Notes under the pieces: model-generated | Seen by the model: only the letters and a program-made list of their open reading frames with translations | Database searches by the model: none | What the model was told of the DNA's origin: nothing | Part shown: in pieces, positions 13,885 through 25,900 of the stretch | Position numbering within the stretch: the first letter of the stretch is position 1 | How the letters are laid out: every line of letters begins with the position of its first letter | Assembly: GCA_977017645.1 (NCBI GenBank) | Contig: OZ360229.1 | Span: 87,854,001 to 87,918,000 of the forward strand | Length of the DNA stretch: 64,000 nt | Direction: 5' to 3' | DNA from: Torpedo marmorata | Lineage: Eukaryota | Made by a program: the position numbers and the translations under genes

Positions 13885-14085
13885 GAAGCTGGAGGAACTC
13901 AATGAGTCAGGCAGCATCCATGGATAGAAACAGGCAATGCTTCAGGTTGGGACCCTTCATCAACTCCTAATAAAGCATCCAGAATCGAAACCTTGCTATG
14001 CCATTTCTAGGCATGGATGCTGCCTGACCATAGAGTTTCTCCTTGTTTGTTCAAGATTCCAGCATGTGCAGTTTTTGTGTTTCTC
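13885..14085. mobile_element. Palindromic Penelope pseudo-LTR derivative
   Basis: Arms gtcaggcagcatccatg / catggatgctgcctgac flank central back-to-back hammerhead relics. Confidence 0.7.
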
Positions 14086-14379
14086 TTAGGAAAGAATGAC
14101 TAAAGAATAGGAATCTTCCTACACAATGAGATTTTAACACAGTAAGGCTTTTTGTTCCACTGTAGCAATTGCATTCAGTGATAAATAGTCATGCTTGGAA
14201 TTTCAACTGTTCAACTAATGAGGCAACAACAATGCCGTCTCTGCAAACGGACACCACTCAAGGTGGCTCCCCAGGTCCGTACAGGATCCTTCTATGTCGT
14301 CCACCTGACTACCTGCTGGAAGTTGGAAATAAATGCTTATATCTTGAATTAATGTGTAACATGTTTAGTTCCACTGGAA

Positions 14380-15070
14380 GAGAAACACAAAAGCTGCAGA
14401 TGCTGGAATCTTGAGCAGACCAATAATTACTGGAGGATCTCAGCATTTCAGACCGCATCCATGAGTGGAAGTGGTCAGTCAACGTTTCAGGTCTGGACTA
14501 TACTTTTTCCAATGGGAAAGGGGTGATTTAACATATATAAAGGGGAAAAGGGAACCCAGAGGAGATAGGACAAGGTGTGAGAAGTGGAGAGACAGGCAGA
14601 GGGAGAGATCATGGGGGAGAGGGGAAGTAAAAAATAAAATAAAATACAGAAGTAGGTAAAGAGATGGAAATACTGGAACCACATGGATGTGGAGCAGTAA
14701 CCAAAAATTATTTAAAAAATAATATTCATGCCATTAGGTTTAAGGAGGTCCAGAAGGAATATGATAGGTTGTCCCTCAAGTTTAGATTTTGCCTCACCTT
14801 GGCAATGAATGAGGTCAAGAACACATCTTTGGAGCAATGGGTGGGGTGGGGGGGGGGAACTAAAATAGTTGGCTACAAGAAGCTCAAGTCAAGGCCCACA
14901 AGCAGAGTGTAGGTGTTTGGCAAAGTGGTCACCCAGTCTGTGTTTGGTCTCACCAATGTAGAGGAGGCCACACCAAATGCAGGAGATGAGGTTGGATGAT
15001 GTGCACGTAAAGCTCTGCCTCACCTGGAATGTCTGTTTCAGCCCCGGATGGAGGTGAGGGAGGAGATGTT
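14380..15070 (-). mobile_element. Old Penelope-like element 3' fragment (GIY-YIG plus pLTR)
   Basis: ORF 14889-15086(-) FQVRQSFTCTSSNLISCIWCGLLYIGETKHRLGDHFAKH; pLTR at about 14380-14500. Confidence 0.85.
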
Positions 15071-15889
15071 GGGGCAAGTTTGGCACTTCCTGAGGTTACA
15101 CTGGGAAATGGAAGGGTAGTTGGGGAGGGAAGAGCACTTGGGGTGAAGATGTTTGCCAAGTTTACAGTTGATCTCACCCTGACAATAGAGGAAGCCAAGA
15201 ACAGGCACGTGTCATTACTCAAGTTTGCAATGGGATATGTGACGTGCGCATTTGAGTCTGGTGCCCCGACATTTCCAAGATATAAACTTCAAAAATTGCT
15301 AAGGCCTTAAAATATAACCAATGGAGATGCAGCCCTGATCTCAAAGCTCTTCCACCTTTAGTGACTCAGCCATTTAGTTGCCTAGCGATCCAAATTCCTT
15401 TCCCATTCCTCTCTTGAGCCGAGCGACTCTCTTTTCCCACAAGTCTTTACTTGACTAATGTGAAGAGTTATAGTCTGCAATTCAAACTTAAAAGTTTTTG
15501 TTAGAAAATAAACTGAGGATATACGTTTGTGGCCCCAACCAGCTATTACGTACAGAAATGTCTCATACTCCCATGCAGAGACTGTCTGCATCACAGAATC
15601 TTGCGTGCTGCATCCTCGGATGTATAATCACCCACAGTCTGCCTGTAATTTTCCAATAAACAACAATTACCCAGTCCCACATAAAATTTATCTCAGTCTT
15701 TGGATAGATCCAGTCAATGTATATTTACTTCGGTCTGATTATAAACATACTTTGGCGTCAGCCATAAATCACATGGAGCTAACCTCACTGCCCTTTCTCC
15801 CTGGATTCCGGGTTTGTATCAACGTCACACTGAGGCAATTCAGAAAAAAAACTTAAATTTTGTCGCACTCACGCACTTGTTCCAAGATA

Positions 15890-16008
15890 TTCAAGATTCT
15901 TTTATTGTCATGTAATGGTATAGAACATGTAATATCACACGCAATTGCCTTCTGCCTGCTGAAAGGTAGACAAAGAGTCACCATTAGTGTTGCCCGGTGC
16001 CCCTTACA
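15890..16008 (-). mobile_element. 3' fragment of the retroelement family at 30872-31700
   Basis: ttcaagattcttttattgtcatgtaat...gcccggtgcccctta aligns with 30872-30985. Confidence 0.6.
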
Positions 16009-19000
16009 GTGCAGTACTGTGGTGTCTTCTGCACGAAGCTGCTCACAATAGAAACAAAGTTGGCCATACTCATGGAGAAGGGTTGGTAGAAGTCATCGAA
16101 ACACAGGCAGAGTTTCAACTTCAACCACAAGTCAGTTGTCTCCCATCACAAACTATTTTGTGGAACTGGAGTATTTCCACTCCCCAACCCCCTACCATCT
16201 GAGCAGAGGAAATATAAAGTGACTGAAGAATTAGTCATTTGGACACAACTATGAAGAGAGAAGGTGTAGAAACCAAGGGGCTCATTTAGACTGATGCCCT
16301 AATTCAAACCAACTCTTCCCCCAAATTCCCCACTCAAATTCACATACGAGGCAATCTTGGTGCTAAATTTTCATGCCTCCGTGATACCAGCAAGTGGGAA
16401 AACCTTGCCCATGGGTAACACAAGCAGGCAAGCCTGGAGAGAAATCCAAAAGCGTTAAGTTGCTGCTTTTCATCATCATCCACATGCAAAAATGGTGAAT
16501 TAGGGAAGCTACCGTGATCTTGGCATTTAAAACAGCTAGTGCAGGAGCACGAGGATGCTTTGCTTCCGATTCCAAAATCCCTTACTCATTTGATGTGACA
16601 CCTCCGCAAATTGTTAAGAAAACGGTTGTCAGCCCAAAGCGCTCTCTCGCAATCAGACCACCAGCCCAGGAGAGACAGGAAACAGCAGGCACTTTGTTTA
16701 CAGTTTCCTGGATGCAAAACCAAGATCTTGACAAAAAGCACAAATCTACATTCGCCCGAGGCATCTTTCCTCTGATCTATTTTCTGCTCAACTAGTTTTA
16801 ACTGAAGTTGGTGTGAGTCATTAAAACACTTGCCAGCCTGTGTAAGTTAACCAATTAAACTTTTACATTGAGCCTTGCACTTACCCAACCTTCCCCCTTG
16901 GTTTCTCTCCTTCACTTCCTCACACGCCACCACCCCCCCCCCCCCCCCCAACACACACATTACACTCCAGCCTCAATCTTGTAGTTGTTCTCCCACCGTA
17001 GAGAAGAGGTAGTTCTGCTTCAAACGTTGAGGACTTCTTCCTATCTGTTACACTGGTTGCTCTCTGAATGGCCAGCCTTGCTAACGTGCTGGATTGTGTC
17101 AAATCAATATTATTTAATGGACTATGAAATATTTTCATTGTAGATTTATTTGCAGCTTCTCCCAATACGATGAAAGGCTTCTCTGGGAAGCAACAGTGAT
17201 CAAGTGATTTCCTGTACCCCCATAATACTCCTCAAAAAATTCTGTTTGCTCTCCCATGACCTGAGCACTTTAACGTCACACCAACATAAAAGCACAGTGG
17301 TATAATGGAACCAACGCATTAATGGCTCAAAATCCTCCAGCTCAAAAAGGTAAATTTAGTTGCTAAAATTTCTATAAATAAAAAGCGAGAGTGGGTGAAA
17401 GTGGCCATGTAGCTGCTTGAAAAAAAATCCATTACTGTTCCTTTAGAGATGGAAAACTACTTACAGGTCCTATATGTGACCCCAGTCCTACGTCATTGTG
17501 ATTGAACAATTGGGTAGTCTCAGAAACAGCTGGCAAAGATGAACTGTTGGATAGGAGATGAATCACCCCTCATGTTTTATCTTCTTGGGGACAACAAGAG
17601 TAAAAACTAATGCATCAATTTAAAGCATTACCATCCAGTACCACTAATGTTCAATGTACCAATAACACTGAAAAATCCTGCAGATTGGTGTTACATGGTG
17701 GAATGTATTCAAGAGGATATTCATTTGAAAATTATTTCTTGGGATGAGGGCTGTTGCCCAGTGGTCATCAAGTAGCTTGATGGGTCATTTCAGTAGGCTA
17801 TCAAGAGTTAACCACTTCCACATGGAATTAAGAGTTGCAAGCAAACCAGGTAACAAGTTTCCTTCTCTAATGAATGGTCATACCCCTTGAGGAAAGTGTC
17901 TGGTTTGGTTTTTAATCCTGATCTATTATTCACTTTTACCAATATTTCCATATTTTTTTCTATAGTAATTTTTCCTTGCATTATCTTGTGGGGATGCATT
18001 TTTGGTAGAGGAATCAACCACGGCTCCAGTTAATGCAAATTCTACCCTCCCAGTAAAATCGACATTCATCCATCCTGGTAGCTCCATGTACAGTACTTTG
18101 GTTTCATCAGAAGGTTGTGGGTTCAAGACCCAGTCAAGATACTCGAGCATAACGCCTTGCCTGATATTACAGTGCAATGCAGAGGGACTGCTATAGGTTT
18201 TGATGAGAAGTTAAATCTAAGTCTCACCTGCCCTTTCACAGGAACAATAACAGAAAAAAAAATACAATGTTAATGTTCTAGTTGAGGCTCCAAGATGAAC
18301 GCTTCAAGATACAATTCGTAGAAATTTGAGCATTTATTTAATTTTTGAAGTCAAATCTTTCAATTAAAAAGCCTATTGCTTCATTGTACAATATGCAGAA
18401 ATATAAAAAGATCTCACAGCATCAGAGCAGCTGTCCTCATACACCAGACACTTCTTCCATTTCACCAGTAGAGAAAAAAGTTATCTGATCATTATCAGAT
18501 TGAGAGTTTTCTGTACACAAATTGAAAGCATTAATTTTAAAAAAACAACTTGTGACAAAACCTCAAACCTCCTTCATGGCCTGTGAAGTGCTTCAGGCTG
18601 TAAAGATATTATAAGGCACACACTTTCTTCTTTTCATTGCCTAAAGTGTCACAGACTGGCAAAGCGCCAACATCTTCAGGAAAGGGATCAAGAACTGAGC
18701 AGGTGGGAGGGCACGACTGGAAGTCCCCTGAGTGGCTCTCGCTCTCTCAAAAATAGAGAGGGTTTAAAAATAAAAAGTGAACAGCAGAATGAAGTACTGC
18801 TTTATACTGCACACTCATTGCAGACAAATTTGGCTAACATCCAGGATCAGGTTCTAAAGATTTTACTGTAACTAAAACAGACATACTGGAGATACAGATC
18901 ACTATACAAGAGACAGGTTCATGCATCCGGACCAAAATAATATACACAAAGCAAAATTACAAGTAATATTATCTGATACAATTAGTTTTTTTTTTACAAG

Positions 19001-19038
19001 AGCAACTGAATTTGCCTTGGAAACCACAAAGTGAGTTA

Positions 19039-19102
19039 TCAGAATCAGAATTTATTGTCATGAACAAGTCATGAAATTCTGTGTTTTGCGGCAGCATCAT
19101 AG
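19039..19102 (-). mobile_element. Rex1-type LINE extreme 3' end (subfamily A)
   Basis: tcagaatcagaatttattgtcatgaacaagtcatgaaatt...gcggcagcatcatag is the reverse complement of about 3972-4036. Confidence 0.85.
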
Positions 19103-19139
19103 ATCTTTAGAATAAGGAAAGGGAAAACAAAAGTTAAAA

Positions 19140-19390
19140 GTCCTAAAATGAAACAGAAAATGCTGAAAATGCTCAGCAGGTCAGATCCATGGGAACAGAA
19201 ACTGAGTCACCTTTTCAGCTCGAAGACCCTTCAGCAACATCTGGACCTACCCCAGCTCTGGTGCAAGTTCATCAACCCGAGACATCAACTCGGTTTCTCT
19301 TCCCACACATGCAGCCTGACTTAAGCATTTTCTGGTTTTTTTTATTTTCAATTTATTTAAATTTATTGTAAACAGCATCTGCAGGTTTGA
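19140..19390. mobile_element. Palindromic Penelope pseudo-LTR derivative (old)
   Basis: aaaatgctcagcaggtcag / cctgacttaagcattttc arms; central ttttcagctcgaagacccttcagc. Confidence 0.55.
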
Positions 19391-20189
19391 TTTTTTTTCA
19401 TTTAAAAATCTTAACCGTCTTTTGCTGCGACAGTCCAGAGATTAACAGCTTCTTCCTGTTATTAGATTGCTGACTCTCGAAGGATTTTTGACCAGGCTTA
19501 AAGCATACTTGGAGACTGCTTAATTCATCATGCCTCAGCAGCCTTAAAATACCTCTTCTATAATACCATAGTTTTTTTTCCAAAAGGTTTGAAAATAACT
19601 CCTTTTCATGTATGAGTCAATTTGCTTCTGAAGCTCCTGATAGATTAAACAGTGTTTCCTCTTTCCATTGCTCTCCCACTCAAAATACAATTTTCATGAT
19701 TAACTATGCTCACTGTATAAAAGTCTACATCAGGCCAAGATTTGACTGTATTAACACCTCCTTCAGGATTGTTAGAGATTTTCTTTCTCTCGCTGTCATT
19801 CCTCTCTATCCTTCCCTCAGTTTAATTAATGATAACTTCTTATTCTTCATCATCCCACGAGTCTGTTCCATCTCTAACTGAAAATTTATTTTCTGCTCCA
19901 AATCATTACTGCTGGATTTTATCTCCTAGTTCTTGTGGAGTGCTAGGGCATGGAAAAGATTGAAATGAAGGGCAGTACCTTCAACTGGCATGTACTGAAC
20001 ATCTGGCATCACTACTCTAGCATTCAAGAACCTGGATAGGCTTCATAAACTTATGTCACACTGCAGTCTTGTGTACCTGTGTTGCACAACCAATCATTAC
20101 CTTGGATATCGACTTGCAGAGCATTCCATCACCTGGGATGGTGCCCACACCTACCTCTGCCTCTCAAGGTCAAAATGCCCACAAACACA

Positions 20190-20405
20190 GAAAGTTAGCT
20201 GATGCTACAAATCTGAAACAAGAACAGAAAATGCCAGAAGTATCAAAAGGTCAGGTGGCAACAGTGGGGAGAGAAACAGAGGCAATGTTTCTGAGCAATG
20301 ACCCTGTATCAGAACAGCTCAGGTGAAGGGTCGTTGAGCAGAAGTACCAATTCTTTTTCACCCTCCATGGATTGTCCTGCTTTTGGCATTTTCTGTTCTT
20401 CTCTC
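20190..20405. mobile_element. Palindromic Penelope pseudo-LTR derivative (old)
   Basis: agaacagaaaatgcca / tggcattttctgttct arms; central tttctgagcaatgaccctgtatcag ... ggtgaagggtcgttgagcagaag. Confidence 0.6.
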
Positions 20406-21349
20406 ATATCAGCCCCACCACGATAGTCACCACTGACAGCTCCCACCACAACAAAATCGCACCTTAAAAGGTTGTGATAAAGAGAAGCTGTGGTGCTGTT
20501 TGTGATTAGGTCTGGGATTAGCATTACCAATGCATACAACTCATTGTACGCAACATGCACAAGAAATCATTCCTCTCGGAACAAACACACACAAGCACTG
20601 GAGGTGCCCAATAGAGCCATTTCAGCAAGTCAAGTGTGTAAGCATTTCAAGCTCTGAAGTTTCCAAGTGCAAAGATGCTTGATATTTGCAACTATTTGGC
20701 TTCTAATATGCAATAGAAATAATAGACTAACCACAGGTGTGACACTGTTCTAGTCACACACAATAATTTTAATGGAAAATCCTTTGCAATACAAATCACT
20801 TCAGTTTATGGTTTATGCACGTCACTGTGTGCTAAAGTATGGTTCCCTGCCAAGAAAGAGGTAATGCAGCCCAAAGAATGATGCCATAATTCCACCAGGG
20901 TGCCAATGGGAATGTCTAGTAAGTGAATGGAGATCACTCTATTATCATAATGGGCAGAACAACTTCGGCTCAGGGTTTTAGCTAAATGCATTCCATACTA
21001 ATCCACTCTGAAAACAGGAGGAGGTGGCAGCATTTATGGAGTTTGCCACTGGAGATAGTTCAGCCTCACTACAGTGTTTACAACATTTACTGGTGGGAGA
21101 TGAGGCTTCAATTGAACAATCAATAAGGTCACTGCTCCAACTCCAAAATGCCAGCCTGGATCATGCATTCAGCTCTGCAGTGATATATCCACCAGTTTTT
21201 GAATAACCAAAAGGCTTTATTTTGTGTTTGTCATCAAAACAAGCCCCACACCCGTACTCTTGGACGTCATGGTGAAGATCAACCTCTCAGGCACTGGGAT
21301 ATAGAACAGGTCGTTGTCATGCTGCCATTAGGGGAAGGCTTTCTGCTTG

Positions 21350-21750
21350 TTCTGAGGCAGTTCCCTCTGGATCGAGGAAGATGGTGCATCCACTCTGGTT
21401 TTGTGGCCTTTGAGGTGGTTGATGTGGGAAGTGCAGACTCTTCCACAGATTGGGCAAGAGGGGCCTGAAAGGAGAGGTGGGGAGGTGGTTTGTGAGGGGG
21501 GCATCCAGATCACACCTCCTGGACTCCTGGTTCTGAATCCCACAAAGCATTAGGAAGCCATCAGCACAGTCGGGAGGCCAGCTCACCCTCACACCTGCAT
21601 GAATCCTGTACCCGATTCCTGGCTCCAAATTAGCTCCATAGCCTCCTGGTCATTCTCAAAGTCTCGGCTCCTCCAGGTAAAGAAGCCCAGGATCCCTTCA
21701 AAGGCACCAGTTCCAGTGGACCTTGGGCCATAGCAGTGACGACGCCTCAG
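21350..21750 (-). mobile_element. RTE-clade LINE 3' fragment
   Basis: ORF 21328-21543(-) ends CPICGRVCTSHINHLKGHKT, resembling the C-terminal CxxC..H..H finger of RTE elements. Confidence 0.55.
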
Positions 21751-22974
21751 AAATACTTTGCAGTCTCAAGAAGTGTCACTAAATCATGAGCCACAACTAA
21801 CACTGACAAACTGAAGATTCAGAGACACTTTGAAAGCAGTGAAAGGTGACTTGTGCATTCAATGATCCAAGCAGTCAGAACAGAGATCCAGGGGAAGTTG
21901 GTGTAACCATATTTGTCAAACATTAGTCATTTGCAACATACAAGTAACCAACAGCTTGGACTCCATCTGCACTCATCACAAGAGTGCAGAACTTCCCCAC
22001 AGGATATGGAAAGCCAGAGAAATGTTAAATCAACTTACAGGCGATGAGTACTATGCCAATATCAACATTTGATGGTCCAGTTGCTCGAACCATAATCAAC
22101 CCATGAATGAGCGAGCTCTTCAACAGACATTCAACTGAACAAGCAACATAACCACCACACAGACTGTAGCATCAGCTCCCAGCTCGTGCATCCATCAGTT
22201 GCTAAGCAAAAAAGACAGTCAGCAACCTTGGCCTGTGCCACTTTTCCAGGCAAGGATCAGAGACCAAAAGGCAAATACTATTATTCCTGTGCCGACTTAA
22301 GATGCTGCTAAAAGCAACACTCAGCTTATGGATCAACAAACAAGGTTACTGCATTCTTGATGGCAAAAAAAAAGCTATTAAAAAAGGCTGCTGAGTACAC
22401 GAGAGAGAAAGGAGGAAACGTAAAGGATATCAGATGAACTGTCTGGGGTTGAAGATTCCAAAAATAAGCATGGACCAGTGGGCTGAATGGCCTTTTGCTG
22501 GGCTGGGATTTCCTGGTTATATGTGAAGTGTTCAGATTTCTATACAGCACAGAATAGTGAACACTATTGTGCATTGGGCCTCGATAAAGATCGTGCAATG
22601 AATAACTAGAGCGATGGCAAGAACTAAGCCAAGAAACCGTCATCTTCCTTTGAGCATTGTGCACTGTAGTACCGTGAACACTCAAACTGGTTTAATTAAT
22701 CACGACAAAATAACTTGCATCAGAAATCAAACAAATTAGTACATCGAGGACAATTATAGAAATGTTTTAATTCGCTAACATTTGGAAATCTTGGCACTAA
22801 TCATAATTTGCAAATAGTCTTATTTAGTCTAAAGTAAAAATATATTTGAACTGTATTGCAACGTACATAAATTTTCTTGTGATGCCCATTTTTAACCATA
22901 GTTGATTTTCAAGGAATGTGATCCAAGGAATCCATTTAGTATATTGGATTCAGAAGTAGAGTTCAACACATTAT

Positions 22975-25900
22975 TTTTTTTTAAATATTTTATTTAAAAT
23001 TTTAAATCACATGATAATACTTTTATAAAATACAAAATTATCAAAATGCATGTGATATATTTTCCCCCTCCCCCCCTAACCCACCCACCCCTACTACTCT
23101 AATAATATAGAAGAAAAAAAAATAGAATTTAGAGAATGTCAATCTAAAAAAACAACTATACATTAATTTTATTGTGGAACACAGGTTCACCAGTCAGACC
23201 TGATATCGAGAGATCCTCAAATCCTTAAACCCACAGTCTTTATATATATGGGCTCTATATTTTCAAAAAGAAATAATATTTATTACGTAAATTATAAGTA
23301 ATTTTTTCAAGTGGTATAGCTGAACGAAGTTCTGCATGCCATCTTTCTAACCCTAAATCTACATCAGACTTCCATGTAATAGCAATGCATTTCTTTGAAA
23401 CAGCTAAAGCAATTTGCAAAAATTCTATTTGATACATATTTAATCTCATTTTAATACTAATTCTTTTAATATCTCCAAAAAAAAAAATCATAGGATTCAT
23501 TGGGAGTGTAATTCTTAATACTTTGTCTAAAAACTTAATTTTCAGCCAAAAAGCATGTATCCTTGGACAAAGCCACGTAGAATGTACAAAGGAGCCTTCC
23601 TCTCTATTACATCTAAAATCTGATAATTTACATTCATAAATCTGATAATCTCGAATTAAATTTCTTTAGTTTCTTAGGCGTTAAATATAATTGATGCAAA
23701 AAGTTGTATTGCACTAACCTATATCTAACATTAATAATTTTTGTCATACTTTGTTTACATATTTCTTTCCAATGTTCCTCATCTATTATTACATTCAAAT
23801 CTGATTCCCATTTTAATCTTGATTTATGAATTCCTGGTTTAGGCAATTTTTTCTGTAACAATCTATACATTTGAGAAATAAATTTATTTATACCCCCATT
23901 AAGTAACTATTGATTCCAATTCAATTTGTCTTGGTAAAATTAAATTGACCTAATTTTCAACTAAAAAGGTTCTTATTTGATAATAAGCAAAAAGTGTATT
24001 ATTTAATACATTAAACTTCTCTTTCATTATTTCAAAAAGTAATAAATTTACTAGCTTCTAAACAATCATTTACTTTTTTAATCCCTTTTTGAAACCAAAT
24101 TTTAAACAATTGATTATCAATAGTAAATGGGATAAGTTTATTTTGGTATAAAGGCATTTTACAAGAAATTAACCCTTTCTCTCCTATCTCCCTATCTACT
24201 TTATTCCATATTTCTAACAAATGTTTTAAAATAGGAGAATTTTTACTTCGCCTTAATAATAATTTAGAATTCCATTTATAAATAACTTCTTTCGAATCCT
24301 CTCCTATATTATTTAATTCTATTCTAATCCAAGCAGAAGATTTTTCTAAATCAAACATTTAATTAATGAATTTTAATTGAGCTGCCTTATAATAATTTTG
24401 AAAATTGGGAAGTTGTAAACCTCCCATTTCATAATTCCAAGTTAATTTCTCCATACCTATTCTAGCCAACTTTCCCTTCCACAAAAATTTCCTAATAATT
24501 AAATTTAAATCCTTAAAGAATTTTTGAGGAATTTCATAAGGAATTGATTGGAAAAGATATTGAATTCTTGGAAAAACACTCCTTTTAATACAATTTACCC
24601 TTCCTATTAGTTATAGGTAAATCTTTCCAACTCTCTAAATCCTTTTTAATATTAATAAATAAAGGTAAATAATTTAATTTATATAAATTACCTAATTTTG
24701 TATCTATTTTTATTCCCAAATATTTAATTCCATTATTTGACCATTTAAATTGTGTAATTTCTTTACATTTATTATAGTCTCCTTGTGTCAATGGCATAAT
24801 TTCACTTTTATCAGAATTAATCATAACCAGATATTTCCCCATATTCTCTCAATAAAACAGTCAATTGTGTTAAAGAATTAATAGGTTTTGTCATATAAAT
24901 CAATACATCTGCAAATAAACTAATTTTATGTTCTTCTTTTCCAACTTTAAATCCTACAATCTTAATATCTTGTCTAATTAATTCTGCTAAAGGTTCTATT
25001 GCTAAAATAAACAATGCTGGCGATAAAGGACATCCTTGTCTAGTTGACCTAGTCAACAAAATTTTGAAGAAATTTGTTCATTTGTCACCACCCTGGCAGA
25101 GGGTTCTTTATATATAGTTTTAATCCAATTAATAAATGTAGTTCCAAAACCAAATTTTTCAAACACTTGAAATAAATAATTCCACTCTAATCTATCAAAA
25201 GCCTTTTCTGCATCTAATGTTAATACCAGTGCTAATTCCTCTTTTTTTGTGCCACATTTATTAAACTAATCAATCTGGCAATATTATCCTTTGAATATCT
25301 ATTCTTAATAAAACCCTCTTGATCTATATGAATTAAATCTGGTAAATATCTTGCCACTCTATTTGCTAAAATGTTTGCCATTATCTTATAATCCACATTT
25401 AACAATGAAATTGGTCTATATGCTTCTGTTTTCAACAAATCTCTATCTTTTTAGGTATAACAGTTATTATTGCATTTGAAAATGTTTCTGGTAGAGAATG
25501 AGATACCGTTATTTGTTTTAACACCTCCATATATGGAGGTATCAATAAATCTTTAAATTCCTTATAAAATTCTGATGGGAAACCATCCTCCCCCAGCGAC
25601 TTTCCACTTGTTAAAGAACTAAGAGCATCATTAACTTCTCTCATCGTAAATGATGCGTCTAAATTTTTTTTACTTTGGGGATTTAATCTAGGTAACTTAA
25701 TTTTAGATAAAAATTCATTAATTTTAGATTCATCTTTATCATCTTAAGATTTATATAAATTTAAATAAAATTCCTTAAATTAATCATTTATTTCTTGAGG
25801 TTTATATGTTATTTTCTTTGAATTCTTTTTTATAGCACTTATAGTTCTAGAAATTTGTTCTTTCTTTAGTTGCCACGCTAACACTTTATAAGCTCTTTCT

